60,006 nucleotides of DNA from Steroidobacteraceae bacterium (GTDB taxonomy: Bacteria; Pseudomonadota; Gammaproteobacteria; Steroidobacterales; Steroidobacteraceae). Positions 15,871 to 25,712 of this stretch are shown here, one piece after another (position 1 is the stretch's first letter; the number at the start of each line of letters is the position of its first letter). The notes under the pieces were generated by a model. It was not told the DNA's origin, did no database searches, and saw only the letters and a list, made by a program, of their open reading frames with translations. A program made the translations under genes and the position numbers. The stretch lies in NCBI GenBank assembly GCA_035542135.1, contig DATKLZ010000092.1:1-60006 (forward strand), written 5' to 3'.

Positions 15871-18800
15871 ATGAATGCCAGGGCATTGCTTTGCTGCGGA
15901 TTGTGGTTGGCGGGTGGCGCCGGGTCGCTCGATGCCGTTGCCCAGGCAACTTCCGCCCAGCCTGCAACGGCCGGCTCTCCCCTGGAGGAAGTGGTCATCA
16001 CCGGATCCCGCATCGGCGTGCCCGCCGGCGTGGGGTCCACCAGCCCATTGCAGGTGATCTCCAGCGAGGAAGTCCAACTGCAAGGCCATACGGACACCAT
16101 CGACGTACTGAACAACCTGCCGCAGAATTTCATCAACGCGTCGGTCGACTTTGGCAACAGCTCCAATCCTCTTTCAGCGCCGGGCGGCATCACCACCGTC
16201 GACCTGCGCGGGTTGGGCCCGCAACGCACCCTGGTCCTGGTGGATGGCAAGCGCCTCGGCGCCGGGGATCCGAATACCGCAAACCCGAATCCGGCGCCGG
16301 ACATCGACCAGGTTCCGGCAGCGCTGATCGAGCGCGTCGAGATCGTCACGGGCGGAGCCTCCGCCACCTACGGTTCCGACGCGATCGCGGGGGTGGTGAA
16401 TTTCATCATGAAGCGGGATTTCCGCGGAATTCAGGTCGATGGCACCTATGGCTTCACGCAGCATTCGAACGGCAATCGCGACTTCCAGCAACTGCAGGCT
16501 GGCCTCGGTTGGGATCCACCGACGGGCAGCGTGACGGACGGCCAGAAGCGCGACCTGTCGGTGGTCATGGGCACGGGCATCGCCGACGGCTCGGGCAACC
16601 TGACGGCCTACTTCACGTACCACAACCAGGCATCGGTGCCTGGCAGCACCCGCGATTTTTCCAATTGCGAGATTGCATCCAACGGCGACGGCACCTGGTC
16701 CTGCTTTGGAAGCTCGAATTCAAACCGGTTCACGCTGGCTGCAACGCAGGAGCTGGTGAACGGGAGCTTCGTTCGAACCGCGATCCCCGGGCAGCCTCGT
16801 TTGACGGTCGTCGGGACCGACTTTCTTCCCTGGCCGCAGGACGGTTCGAACCCACCGGCGCAATTCAACTCGAATGCCTATGAATACCTGCTGCGTGGCG
16901 ACCTGCGCTACAACGCCGGCTTCATGGCGCACGTGGACCTGGCCGACTGGGCCAGGCCGTACATCGACTTCAGCTTCATGAATGACAAGACCGACGTGGT
17001 CGTCGGTCCGTCTGCGATGTTCAACGGCGGCAACGTTGCCGCTCCGCCCGGCATCACGCCCAATGGTGGCTGGTTCGTGAACTGCAGCAACCCGCTGTTG
17101 AGCGCGCAGGAAGCCGCCCAGTTGTGCAGTCCGGCGCAGATTGCCGCGGATGCGGCCAATCCGGGCTCGGTGCAGGCCGAAATCGGCATTGGCCGGCGCA
17201 ATGTCGAGGGCGGGGGCAGGGAGGCGATCTTCGAGCACACCAACTACCGCGTCGTGGGCGGCATGCGCGGTGACCTGGGCAGTGCCTGGAACTACGACGC
17301 CTACGGACAGTTCTATTACACCTCGCTGTTCAACTCGAACGAGAATTACCTGAACATCCAGAGCGTCCAGAACGCCCTGCAGGTCGCGCCGAATGGCCAG
17401 TGCATATCGGGGCCTCCCTGCGTGCCGTACGACATCTTCAAGACCGGAGGCGTGACGGCGGACCAGCTTGCATACCTGTACACGCCCGGTACCGCCTATG
17501 GACAGGACTGGGAAGAAATCGCGCATGCCGACCTGACCGGCGACCTGTCCAGGTATGGCGTGAAGCTCCCATGGGCCGCAGACGGCGTGCAGATGAACCT
17601 GGGCGTCGAGCACCGCTTCGAGTCGCTGAAGTTTGCGCCGGATGGCAGCGAGCTGAGCGGCGCCCTGTCGGGCTTCTCGGGCGCTTCGGTTGCCATAGAC
17701 AATGGCTATTCAGTCGACGAGGGTTTCCTCGAAGTGCGCGCGCCGCTGGCGCATGACAAGCCCGGCATCAAGGATCTCGTGGTCGATGCCGGCTACCGCT
17801 ACTCGAAGTACTCGCTGGCCGGAAGGACCAACACCTACAAGTTCGAGGTCCAGTACTCGCCGATCGACAGCCTGCGCGTGCGCTACTCCTTCGACCGCGC
17901 GATACGCGCACCGAACCTCATCGAGCTGTTCAATCCGCAGTCCTACGGCCAGCAAAGCTTCGTGGGCGTCGATCCGTGTGCACCAACGATCGACAAGAGT
18001 GGCAAGCTCGTGCCGGCGACCGCGACGCTGGAGCAGTGCGAGCACACCGGGGTAACGGCCGCAGAATACGGAAATGGCGGATCGACCGATACCATCGAGC
18101 AGTGCGTGTCCAACCAGTGTGGCCAGGTCATTGGTGGCAACACGGCCTTGAAGCCGGAGACCGCGGATACGTACTCGATTGGCGTCACCGCGGCGCCCGG
18201 CCTGGTGCCCGGATTGACGGGCACGATCGACTACTTCCACATCCAGATGGATAACCTGGTCGGATCACTCCCGGGCGCCGTGCTCTTCAACGGGTGCCTG
18301 CTGGATGGCACGCCGCAATTCTGCAGCCAGATCGTGCGCACTCCGCTGGGTGCCTTGTTTGGTGCATCCGTCGCTGGCGGCGGCTACATCCTCCAGACAT
18401 CGGTCAATACCGGCGCCGCATTGTTCTCCGGCATCGACCTGGGGTTGAATTACCGGCTGAACCTGGGGCGATTCGGCGCGCTGGCCTCCGCACTGAACGG
18501 AACCTACCTGGAGCACACCACCGGCACGCCGTACACCGGTGCCCATACCTACGATTGCGCGGGACTGTTCGGCACCAGCTGCGGCAATGGCATCAACCCC
18601 CGGTGGCGCCACACGCTCAGGTTCAACTGGGAGACGCCGTGGCGGAAGCTCCTGGTCTCGCTCAATTGGCGCTACATCGGCAGCACGTCCTTCGACAACA
18701 ACAGCAATGATCCGTCGTTGCACTTCGTGGAGAGCACGGCAGCGGGCGCTCCGGGCTACGATGCGCAGCGCGCGACGATCAAGGCGTACAGCTACTTCGA

Positions 18801-18981
18801 CCTGGCGGTGGCGTGGCCCGCGTGGAAGGGCGTCGAGCTGCGTGGTGGAGTGAACAACATCGCGGACAAGGATCCACCCATTCTGGGTGACGACATCACC
18901 GGCACTGGATCGCCCAACACCTACCCCAGCTACGACATCCTCGGCCGGCAGATCTTCGTGGCGTTCACCGCGAAGTTCTGA
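15871..18981 (+). CDS. TonB-dependent receptor (about 1036 aa)
   Basis: ATG at 15871 with AAGGGGG RBS. Signal peptide. Plug region EEVVITGSRI...SPLQVIS. Long beta-barrel region. C-terminal FTAKF. Confidence 0.9.
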   Translation: MNARALLCCGLWLAGGAGSLDAVAQATSAQPATAGSPLEEVVITGSRIGVPAGVGSTSPLQVISSEEVQLQGHTDTIDVLNNLPQNFINASVDFGNSSNPLSAPGGITTVDLRGLGPQRTLVLVDGKRLGAGDPNTANPNPAPDIDQVPAALIERVEIVTGGASATYGSDAIAGVVNFIMKRDFRGIQVDGTYGFTQHSNGNRDFQQLQAGLGWDPPTGSVTDGQKRDLSVVMGTGIADGSGNLTAYFTYHNQASVPGSTRDFSNCEIASNGDGTWSCFGSSNSNRFTLAATQELVNGSFVRTAIPGQPRLTVVGTDFLPWPQDGSNPPAQFNSNAYEYLLRGDLRYNAGFMAHVDLADWARPYIDFSFMNDKTDVVVGPSAMFNGGNVAAPPGITPNGGWFVNCSNPLLSAQEAAQLCSPAQIAADAANPGSVQAEIGIGRRNVEGGGREAIFEHTNYRVVGGMRGDLGSAWNYDAYGQFYYTSLFNSNENYLNIQSVQNALQVAPNGQCISGPPCVPYDIFKTGGVTADQLAYLYTPGTAYGQDWEEIAHADLTGDLSRYGVKLPWAADGVQMNLGVEHRFESLKFAPDGSELSGALSGFSGASVAIDNGYSVDEGFLEVRAPLAHDKPGIKDLVVDAGYRYSKYSLAGRTNTYKFEVQYSPIDSLRVRYSFDRAIRAPNLIELFNPQSYGQQSFVGVDPCAPTIDKSGKLVPATATLEQCEHTGVTAAEYGNGGSTDTIEQCVSNQCGQVIGGNTALKPETADTYSIGVTAAPGLVPGLTGTIDYFHIQMDNLVGSLPGAVLFNGCLLDGTPQFCSQIVRTPLGALFGASVAGGGYILQTSVNTGAALFSGIDLGLNYRLNLGRFGALASALNGTYLEHTTGTPYTGAHTYDCAGLFGTSCGNGINPRWRHTLRFNWETPWRKLLVSLNWRYIGSTSFDNNSNDPSLHFVESTAAGAPGYDAQRATIKAYSYFDLAVAWPAWKGVELRGGVNNIADKDPPILGDDITGTGSPNTYPSYDILGRQIFVAFTAKF

Positions 18982-19000
18982 CGTTCCTGTCGTACCGGCC

Positions 19001-19039
19001 AGCCGGACATCGCCCGCAGACCGGGGGCGATGTCCGGCT
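19001..19039. terminator. Bidirectional terminator hairpin between convergent genes
   Basis: 15-bp stem AGCCGGACATCGCCC/GGGCGATGTCCGGCT with a 9-nt loop. Confidence 0.6.
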
Positions 19040-19047
19040 TGTCCCCG

Positions 19048-19341
19048 CTACCGTTGGCCGCATCCGGGCGGAGCGCCACAGTTCACGCCAGCCTCGTTTG
19101 ACAGCGTTGCGCGGATCTCCCGTGCCGACTCTTCGGCCTGCTCGCGCTGCAATTTGGTCGTGCAGACCCTGACCGCGACATTGGATCCCGTCACGCGCTG
19201 GAATTTGCACTGGATGTCCTTGTCCAGGGCCACCTGTGTCGCCACGGGCATGCGCGCCGCTGCAGGCCGCACCGCGTTGTTGCCGCATGCCACCATGCAC
19301 AGGGCTGCAACGCCGCAAGCACCTGTGGCGAAATATGTCAT
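19048..19341 (-). CDS. Small lipoprotein, hypothetical
   Basis: Internal ATG gives MTYFATGACGVAALCMVAC with a lipobox. 97 aa with several Cys residues. Confidence 0.55.
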   Translation of the reverse strand: MTYFATGACGVAALCMVACGNNAVRPAAARMPVATQVALDKDIQCKFQRVTGSNVAVRVCTTKLQREQAEESAREIRATLSNEAGVNCGAPPGCGQR

Positions 19342-19542
19342 GCCCGAGCGGGCCAATGATCTCCAGCAGGAAAGCATATGGACGTCTCCATCGGGGTGCG
19401 ATGCGGAATCAGCAACTTACCCGACCAGCACCCGCCTGTGTCGGGTGTGGCGAGATAATGGCAAGATCTGCAACAGCGCGGGCCACCGCCGGGTCCAGGA
19501 TGCAAGGCTGGGGCAACGGCCAGTCCCCGACATAGGTGTCTG

Positions 19543-20505
19543 GTGATCTACAGGGAAATGCCTGCGACTTGGGATCCGGCCTTCAGGCCGCAGTTCTATC
19601 AGCGCTGGGGCCGCGAGAGCGCGGTCATATCCGCGCGGGCGCGCCGCGTCGAATATCCCGAATACCGGCAACTGCTGTCCATCAAGGCCGCATTCGGCGG
19701 GGCGGAGGAGTATTTCCTGGATGGCCACCGCGTATCGGTTGACGACGATACCTTTGCCATCATCAACGACGGGCGTAGCTACGCCAGCCGCATCGAGTCG
19801 CTCTGGCCCGTGCATTCATTCTCGATCTTCTTCGAGCCGGGGCTGGTGAGGCAGGTGTGGACGTCGCTGGCCGCGCCGGTGGCTGGCCAGCTCGATGACC
19901 ACACCGCGCGCAGCGCCGGGTCCTGCGAATTCGCCGAGCGGCTTTACGAGCATGACCGCGTCGTCAGCCCGGTGCTGCGCCACATCCGCGGCGTCGTCGA
20001 TGCCGGCCTGGACGACGAGAACTGGCTGGACGAGCAGCTGCAGTTCCTGCTGGCGCGCATGATGCGGCTCCAGCACCGGCAGCTGCGCGTCGAGGCGGCC
20101 ATCCCGTCGAGCAAGCCCGCGACGCGACGCGAACTGCTGCGGCGGTTGAACCGCGGCGTCGATTTCATCCATGCGCGCTATCGCGATCCGATCGCGCTGA
20201 AGGACATCGCGGCCGCGGCCCACCTCTCGCCGTTCCATTTCCTGCGCACCTTCAAGTCGGTCTACCGCCTGACGCCCAGCAACTACCTCAATCGCAAGCG
20301 CGCCGCGGCGGCATTGCGGCTGCTGCAGGAATCGGACTGGACCATGACGGCGATCGCCGAGCAGGTCGGGTTCGGCAGCCGCACCAGCCTGTTCCGCCAC
20401 CTGCGAGCGGAATACGCCGTGACGCCCCAGCGCCTGCGCGAGCCCGGCATCATGGGCACGGGCCCCCACTCGATACGCGCCGAGCGTCACGCACCGCCGC
20501 ACTGA
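19543..20505 (+). CDS. AraC family transcriptional regulator
   Basis: C-terminal double HTH: IALKDIAAAAHLSPFHFLRTFK...TAIAEQVGFGSRTSLFRHLR. Confidence 0.9.
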   Translation: MIYREMPATWDPAFRPQFYQRWGRESAVISARARRVEYPEYRQLLSIKAAFGGAEEYFLDGHRVSVDDDTFAIINDGRSYASRIESLWPVHSFSIFFEPGLVRQVWTSLAAPVAGQLDDHTARSAGSCEFAERLYEHDRVVSPVLRHIRGVVDAGLDDENWLDEQLQFLLARMMRLQHRQLRVEAAIPSSKPATRRELLRRLNRGVDFIHARYRDPIALKDIAAAAHLSPFHFLRTFKSVYRLTPSNYLNRKRAAAALRLLQESDWTMTAIAEQVGFGSRTSLFRHLRAEYAVTPQRLREPGIMGTGPHSIRAERHAPPH

Positions 20506-20573
20506 GCTTGCCGGACCGGGGCGCGCGGGTATCGCTACAATCGCGCCTGCCTCGGTCCCAAAGGGCGAGCAGG

Positions 20574-22526
20574 ATGACGCATTCTCCTTCACGTTGGCTG
20601 CACGCGGCGCTTGCGGCGGCGACGCTGGTGCACTCGAGCGCGCGTGCGCAGCGCGCCGACGAGAATGCGGTCACTGCCGCGGACGATGCCTTCGGCACCA
20701 CGGTCGGTTCGCAGTCGATCGGCCTGTACGATGCCGAGCATGTGCGCGGCTTCAGCCCGCGCGCGGCGGGCAACCTGCGCATCGAAGGACTGTACTTCGA
20801 CCAGCAGACCTACGGTGCAAACCGCTGCCTGGTGGTGGAGGAGACCGTGCGCGTCGGCCTCGCGGCGCAGTTCTTCGATGCGCCGTCGCCGACCGGCATT
20901 GCCAACTACAGCCTGCACGCGTCCGGGCCGGCGAACGCCGCCAGCGTGGTGCTGGTGCGCGGGCCCTTCCTCACTTCCGGCTTCGACCTCGACGCGCAGC
21001 GCGTGAGCCGCAGCGGCGCCGCCGGCGTTGGCCTGTGCTATCACGCGCGCTCGAACATGGACATTGACCTGGCCCATCGTTCGCACGGCAGCAATGCCGG
21101 CGTCGTCGCCAGGTGGCAGCCCGGCGCAAGCATGGAGATGATCTCATTCTGGGGCCAGGACAGCGGCAACGAGCACGACCTGTTGCCGACGGTCTACGTC
21201 AACGGGCGGGACCGTCCACCTGATTTCATCGAGCAGCGGCTGCCCACGCAGCGCTGGACCACCTGGGCCTGGCACGAACTGACGGCTGGCACGATCCTGC
21301 GTTCGACCGGGAGCGGCGCCTGGTCCTGGGCGGGCGGCGTGTTCTACTCGCAGGAGCGCGACCCGGTGGTGTTCGCCGACCTGTTCGATGACCTGCAGCC
21401 GGACCGTACCGTGCAGCACGGCATTGATATCACTCCGCCGCAGCATGCACGCTCGACCTCGGGCGAGCTGCGCCTGCTGCATCGCTCGCGGGCCGGCATT
21501 CATTCGCGGCTCTGGTCAGTCGCGCTGCGCGGACGAAACCTGGCGCGCGGTTTCGGTGGCGACTTCTTCCAGGACCTGGGCCCGTCCAGCCTCGACGAAC
21601 ATCGCGCACTGCCCGAACCGGACTACGGCTTTTCCGCCGGGAGCGATGACCATGTCCGCCAGCTCGGGCTCGGCGTTTCATTCGAGCAGCGCTGGGCCGG
21701 ACGTGGCTCGATCAGCGCCGGTGCGCAGAAGGTGGCGTACCGCCGGGCGATCGGCGCGCCGGCCGACGCGTCGGCCGGCGCGCCGATCGTCACGACGCGC
21801 AGCCACTCCGCGCCGGTGCTCGCCAGCCTGCGCTTCACCCTTGATCCGGGCCCGAGCCTCGTGGCCTACGGCGGCTACACGCGCGGACTGGAAGATTCAG
21901 CTCCGGCCCCGACCAACGCCGCCACTCCCTATGCCACCGTTCCGGCGACCACCACCTGGCAGGTGGACGCCGGCCTGCGGTACACGCCGCATCCCGGCAC
22001 GCAACTCGTCGCCGGCGTGTTCCAGATCCAGAAGACGTATTTCAACCTGGATGCCCACACCAGGCTCTACCAGCAGCTGGGCCATGTCCGACATCGCGGC
22101 ATCGAGGCTTCGGCCACCATCAGCGGCGGGAACGGGCTCACCACGGTGCTCGGCGGCGTGTGGTTGCGGCCGGACCTGCTGCTCGATGCCGGCGCCGCGG
22201 ACCCGAACGAGGGTGTGTCGGTCGGCGCCATTCCGCTGCTGCTGGATGCGAATGTCGATTATGCCCCGCAGCGCTGGGGCCACTGGTCGGCCGCTGCACA
22301 GGTGCGCCGCGTGTCCGCGCGGCCGGCCGGAGTGCAGGACTTGTCCGCATACTGGCTGGTGTCGGTGGCGGCGCGCTATCGGACTTCCCTGTTCGGCCGC
22401 ACCTGCGTGGCGCGGATCGACGCGGAAGACCTCAATGACGCGACCGACCTGCAGGTCATGTCCTCGGGCGTGGTGCTCCCCGAGCAGGGCCGGCGGGTGA
22501 CGCTGACCCTGACGGCTGATTTCTAG
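20574..22526 (+). CDS. Outer-membrane beta-barrel receptor, TonB-dependent-receptor-like (about 650 aa)
   Basis: Signal peptide ending SARA-QR. Alternating beta-strand pattern. C-terminal LTLTADF. I could not recognise a canonical TonB box or full plug by eye. Confidence 0.65.
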   Translation: MTHSPSRWLHAALAAATLVHSSARAQRADENAVTAADDAFGTTVGSQSIGLYDAEHVRGFSPRAAGNLRIEGLYFDQQTYGANRCLVVEETVRVGLAAQFFDAPSPTGIANYSLHASGPANAASVVLVRGPFLTSGFDLDAQRVSRSGAAGVGLCYHARSNMDIDLAHRSHGSNAGVVARWQPGASMEMISFWGQDSGNEHDLLPTVYVNGRDRPPDFIEQRLPTQRWTTWAWHELTAGTILRSTGSGAWSWAGGVFYSQERDPVVFADLFDDLQPDRTVQHGIDITPPQHARSTSGELRLLHRSRAGIHSRLWSVALRGRNLARGFGGDFFQDLGPSSLDEHRALPEPDYGFSAGSDDHVRQLGLGVSFEQRWAGRGSISAGAQKVAYRRAIGAPADASAGAPIVTTRSHSAPVLASLRFTLDPGPSLVAYGGYTRGLEDSAPAPTNAATPYATVPATTTWQVDAGLRYTPHPGTQLVAGVFQIQKTYFNLDAHTRLYQQLGHVRHRGIEASATISGGNGLTTVLGGVWLRPDLLLDAGAADPNEGVSVGAIPLLLDANVDYAPQRWGHWSAAAQVRRVSARPAGVQDLSAYWLVSVAARYRTSLFGRTCVARIDAEDLNDATDLQVMSSGVVLPEQGRRVTLTLTADF

Positions 22527-22541
22527 GCGCCGCGGCGCGGG

Positions 22542-23420
22542 TCAGGGTGCCGGGTCGCGCTTGAGTACCAGCACGTTGCCGGCGAGGCAGAGCGCGACGC
22601 CGGTCCACAGCGTCGCGGTCCACTGCAGGTTCTCCATGACGGTCGAGATCAGCAGCGCGACCACCGGTATCGCCACCATCGCATAGCCTGCGCGGCCGGC
22701 GCCGATGCGCTTCATCAGCGTGAGGTAGGCGCCGAAGGCCAGCACCGAACCGAACAGCGCCAGGTAGGCGAGCGTCGACACGTAGCGCCACGAGCACTCG
22801 AACGTGAAACGCTGGCCCATGAGCGCGACGATCACGCACGTGCACAGCGCGCCGTAGAGCATCGACCAGCCGTTCACCTGCAGCACGGGCAATTGCCGGC
22901 GCTGGTTGCGTGCCGCGGCCATGTTGCCGAGCGAGGCGCAGATCGTGGCGCCCAAGGCCCAGGCCATGCCGAGGGTCGTCTTGCCGCCGGTCGACAGCGC
23001 GCGCAGCTCGGGCCAGAACAGCACGATGACGCCGGTGATGCCCAGCAGCGCGCCCAGCAGGTTCAGCGGCCGCGTGTGCACGCCGAAGAACACGCGCATG
23101 CCGATGATGTTGCCGACCGTCAGCAGCGAGCAGATGACCGCCACGAGACCGGAGGCCAGGTACTGCTCCGAGACGTAGAAGCCGACGTAGTTCAGGCAGA
23201 ACAGCAGCAGTCCCTGCAGCGCCATCCACAGGTGCTCGCGCCGGCTGAAGCGCAGCGGCAGGCCGCGCAGCAGCGCGAAGCCCAGCAGGATGGCGGCGGC
23301 GGCCAGGAAACGCCACGCCACCGACACGGCCGGCGGCACCGTGCCGAGCTGCAACGTGATCGCGAACCACGTCGAGCCCCAGATCAGTACCGTGACGACG
23401 TATAGGAAAAGGTCGCTCAA
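22542..23420 (-). CDS. EamA/DMT family transporter
   Basis: 292 aa with about 10 TM spans. N-terminus VVTVLIWGSTWFAI is typical of DMT transporters. Confidence 0.85.
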   Translation of the reverse strand: MSDLFLYVVTVLIWGSTWFAITLQLGTVPPAVSVAWRFLAAAAILLGFALLRGLPLRFSRREHLWMALQGLLLFCLNYVGFYVSEQYLASGLVAVICSLLTVGNIIGMRVFFGVHTRPLNLLGALLGITGVIVLFWPELRALSTGGKTTLGMAWALGATICASLGNMAAARNQRRQLPVLQVNGWSMLYGALCTCVIVALMGQRFTFECSWRYVSTLAYLALFGSVLAFGAYLTLMKRIGAGRAGYAMVAIPVVALLISTVMENLQWTATLWTGVALCLAGNVLVLKRDPAP

Positions 23421-23432
23421 GCGGCGGGACCG

Positions 23433-24905
23433 CTAGCGGCGCTTGCGCGCCCCGCGCTTCCACACCTGGTGCATCCAGGCCTCGACCTCGTCCGGCTCGC
23501 GCGGCAGGATCGACGACAGGTTGCGGTGCCCGGTGGCGGTGACGACGATGTCGTCCTCGATGCGCACGCCGATGCCGCGGTACTTCGCCGGCACGGTCAG
23601 GTCGTCGGTCTGGAAGTACAGGCCCGGCTCGACCGTCAGCACCATGCCGGGGCGCAGCTTGCCGTACTTGTAGTTCTCGGCGCGCGCCAGCGCGCAGTCG
23701 TGCACGTCGAGGCCGAGCATGTGGCTGACGTTGTGCAGCGAATAGCGGCGATAGAACTGGTTCTCGTCGCGCAGCGCCTCCTCGGCGCTCGTCGGCAGGA
23801 TGCCGAGGCGCTCGAGCCCGTGCGCCAGCACCTGCATCGCCGCCTTGTTGGGCGCCATGAAATCGTTGCCGGGTTTGACCATCTTGAGCGCGGCGTTCTG
23901 CGCCGCGAGCACGATCGCGTAGACGGCGCGCTGTTCGCGCGTGTAGCGGCCCGAAATCGGCAGCGTGCGGGTCACGTCGGCGGTGTAGAGCGAATGGCCC
24001 TCGACGCCGGCATCGAGCAGCAGCAGGTCGCCCCTGCGGATCGTGCCGTCGTTGTGCTTCCAGTGCAGCGTGCAGGCATGCGCGCCGGAGGCCACGATCG
24101 AGGTGTAGCCGACCTCGTTCCCTTCAATGCGCGCGCGGGTCCAGAACACGCCCTCGAGCTCGCGCTCGCCCCTGGCGCCAGGCAGGCGCGCGATCACATC
24201 CTCGAAACCGCGCTTGGTCGCCTCGACGGCGCTGCGCAGCGCCTTCAGTTCGCTGGTGTCCTTGATGAGGCGCATCTCGGAGAGGAACGTGGCCAGCTCC
24301 TCGTCGCGCTTCGCCTGCTCGGGGCCGCCCGGGCCGAGCAGGGCCTCGGTGTCGCGCGAGAATCCGCACAGCATGCGCTGCTTCGCGTTCGGCAGCGCGG
24401 TGGCCGCCTCCAGTGTCGCGGCCAGCTCCGGCAGCGGCCGGCAGTCGATGGCGTAGCGCTTCTCGCTCTCGCTGACGCCGAAACGCGGGCCTTCCCACAG
24501 CTCGCCCTTGTTGCGGTCGGTGAAGAACGTCGCATCGGACTTGCCCGGGCTCGGCTCGACGAACAGCAGCGCCTCGTGCGCCTCGCCGCGCGGCAGCAGC
24601 ACCAGCACGCAATCGGGCTCGAAGGCGCCGGTCAGGTAGTAGAAATCGGTGCCCGGGCGGAAGGCGTAATACGTGTCGTTCGAGCGCACCTTGCGATGGC
24701 CGGTCGGGATGACCAGCAATTCGCCCGGGAAACGCTGCGAGAGCCGTTCGCGCCGCCGACGGAAGCTCGCCGCATCCGGGATCACCTTCGGGAGCTTGCG
24801 GCCCTTCGGGTTCCAGCTCTTCAGCATGAACTCGAGCAGGTTCGGCGGCACATCGGAGTCGTAGCCGGTGCGGACCGGCGTGGCATGGGCATCGAAGGTG
24901 TTCAT
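23433..24905 (-). CDS. Xaa-Pro aminopeptidase (M24B, aminopeptidase P family)
   Basis: M24 metal-ligand segments LLLDAGVE, VSHMLGLDVHD, VEPGLY, IEDDIVVT. Confidence 0.9.
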   Translation of the reverse strand: MNTFDAHATPVRTGYDSDVPPNLLEFMLKSWNPKGRKLPKVIPDAASFRRRRERLSQRFPGELLVIPTGHRKVRSNDTYYAFRPGTDFYYLTGAFEPDCVLVLLPRGEAHEALLFVEPSPGKSDATFFTDRNKGELWEGPRFGVSESEKRYAIDCRPLPELAATLEAATALPNAKQRMLCGFSRDTEALLGPGGPEQAKRDEELATFLSEMRLIKDTSELKALRSAVEATKRGFEDVIARLPGARGERELEGVFWTRARIEGNEVGYTSIVASGAHACTLHWKHNDGTIRRGDLLLLDAGVEGHSLYTADVTRTLPISGRYTREQRAVYAIVLAAQNAALKMVKPGNDFMAPNKAAMQVLAHGLERLGILPTSAEEALRDENQFYRRYSLHNVSHMLGLDVHDCALARAENYKYGKLRPGMVLTVEPGLYFQTDDLTVPAKYRGIGVRIEDDIVVTATGHRNLSSILPREPDEVEAWMHQVWKRGARKRR

Positions 24906-24950
24906 GGCGGATTCCCGCGGCGCAGCGGCGCACGCAATGGCGATGCGCGA

Positions 24951-25712
24951 TTATACAACGAGCGGGTCGAGCTTATGCGCCGCCAGCGCCGCGTAGTGCG
25001 GGTGCGCCTCGTCGGCGAGTCGCGCGAGTGCACCGGGCAGTTCCGGCGCGGGGGCGGTCGCGGCCGCCGCCGGCGCGAACCCGGTCGAACGCTCGACGGC
25101 CGAGTACCAGGCCGGCGCCCACACGCCATCGGTGTCGCGCCGCCCGGCGCTCCAGTGCAGCATCGCGTCCGTGAAGGGAATGCCCAGCGCGACGCACAGC
25201 CGCGCCAGCATGCGCGGCGGGTCGGCCAGCACGTCCGCGCCCTCGATGACCGGCGGGGCGGCGCCGAGCCGGTCGGCTTCGCGCTCGAACAGCTCGCGCT
25301 GCTGCACGATGCCGATGTCGGCCAGCGTCACCGAACCGTGGTCGCGGATGCGCATGTACGAGCCGAGCACGTAGCGCGGGTCGCGGATCAGGAACGCGTT
25401 GCGCACGTGGCCCATCCACTCGCGCCCGAACTGCGGCAGCATGTGGTGCGTCATCAGCTTCTGGTACCAGACGGGCTTGCCGCCGGGCACCGGGCCGAGC
25501 AGCAGTCCGACGACCTCGCGCCAGTCGGTGGACTGCGAGGCCAGCACTTCGGCGCGCATCGGGTGATCCGCACCGGAGCATGCGAGATAGGCGGCATAGA
25601 ATGGCTCGTCGATGACTGCCGTGTCGGCGCGCGCGCCGAACGAGCGCATCATCGCGCTGGAGATGTTGCGCGGCCCGGACCACATCGCGATGCGCAGCGG
25701 CGCGGGCGCCAT
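24951..25712 (-). CDS. Sulfotransferase-like / P-loop-fold protein of unknown function
   Basis: Internal ATG at 25712 overlaps the upstream stop (TGATG). MWSGPRNISSAMMRSF...YQKLMTHH resembles proteins annotated as sulfotransferase family. The assignment is by recollection only. Confidence 0.55.
   Translation of the reverse strand: MAPAPLRIAMWSGPRNISSAMMRSFGARADTAVIDEPFYAAYLACSGADHPMRAEVLASQSTDWREVVGLLLGPVPGGKPVWYQKLMTHHMLPQFGREWMGHVRNAFLIRDPRYVLGSYMRIRDHGSVTLADIGIVQQRELFEREADRLGAAPPVIEGADVLADPPRMLARLCVALGIPFTDAMLHWSAGRRDTDGVWAPAWYSAVERSTGFAPAAAATAPAPELPGALARLADEAHPHYAALAAHKLDPLVV

Noticed and set aside
22527-22541. 12-bp palindrome GCGCCGCGGCGC in the 15-nt gap between convergent genes
   Set aside because: It is too short and GC-generic to call a terminator or binding site.
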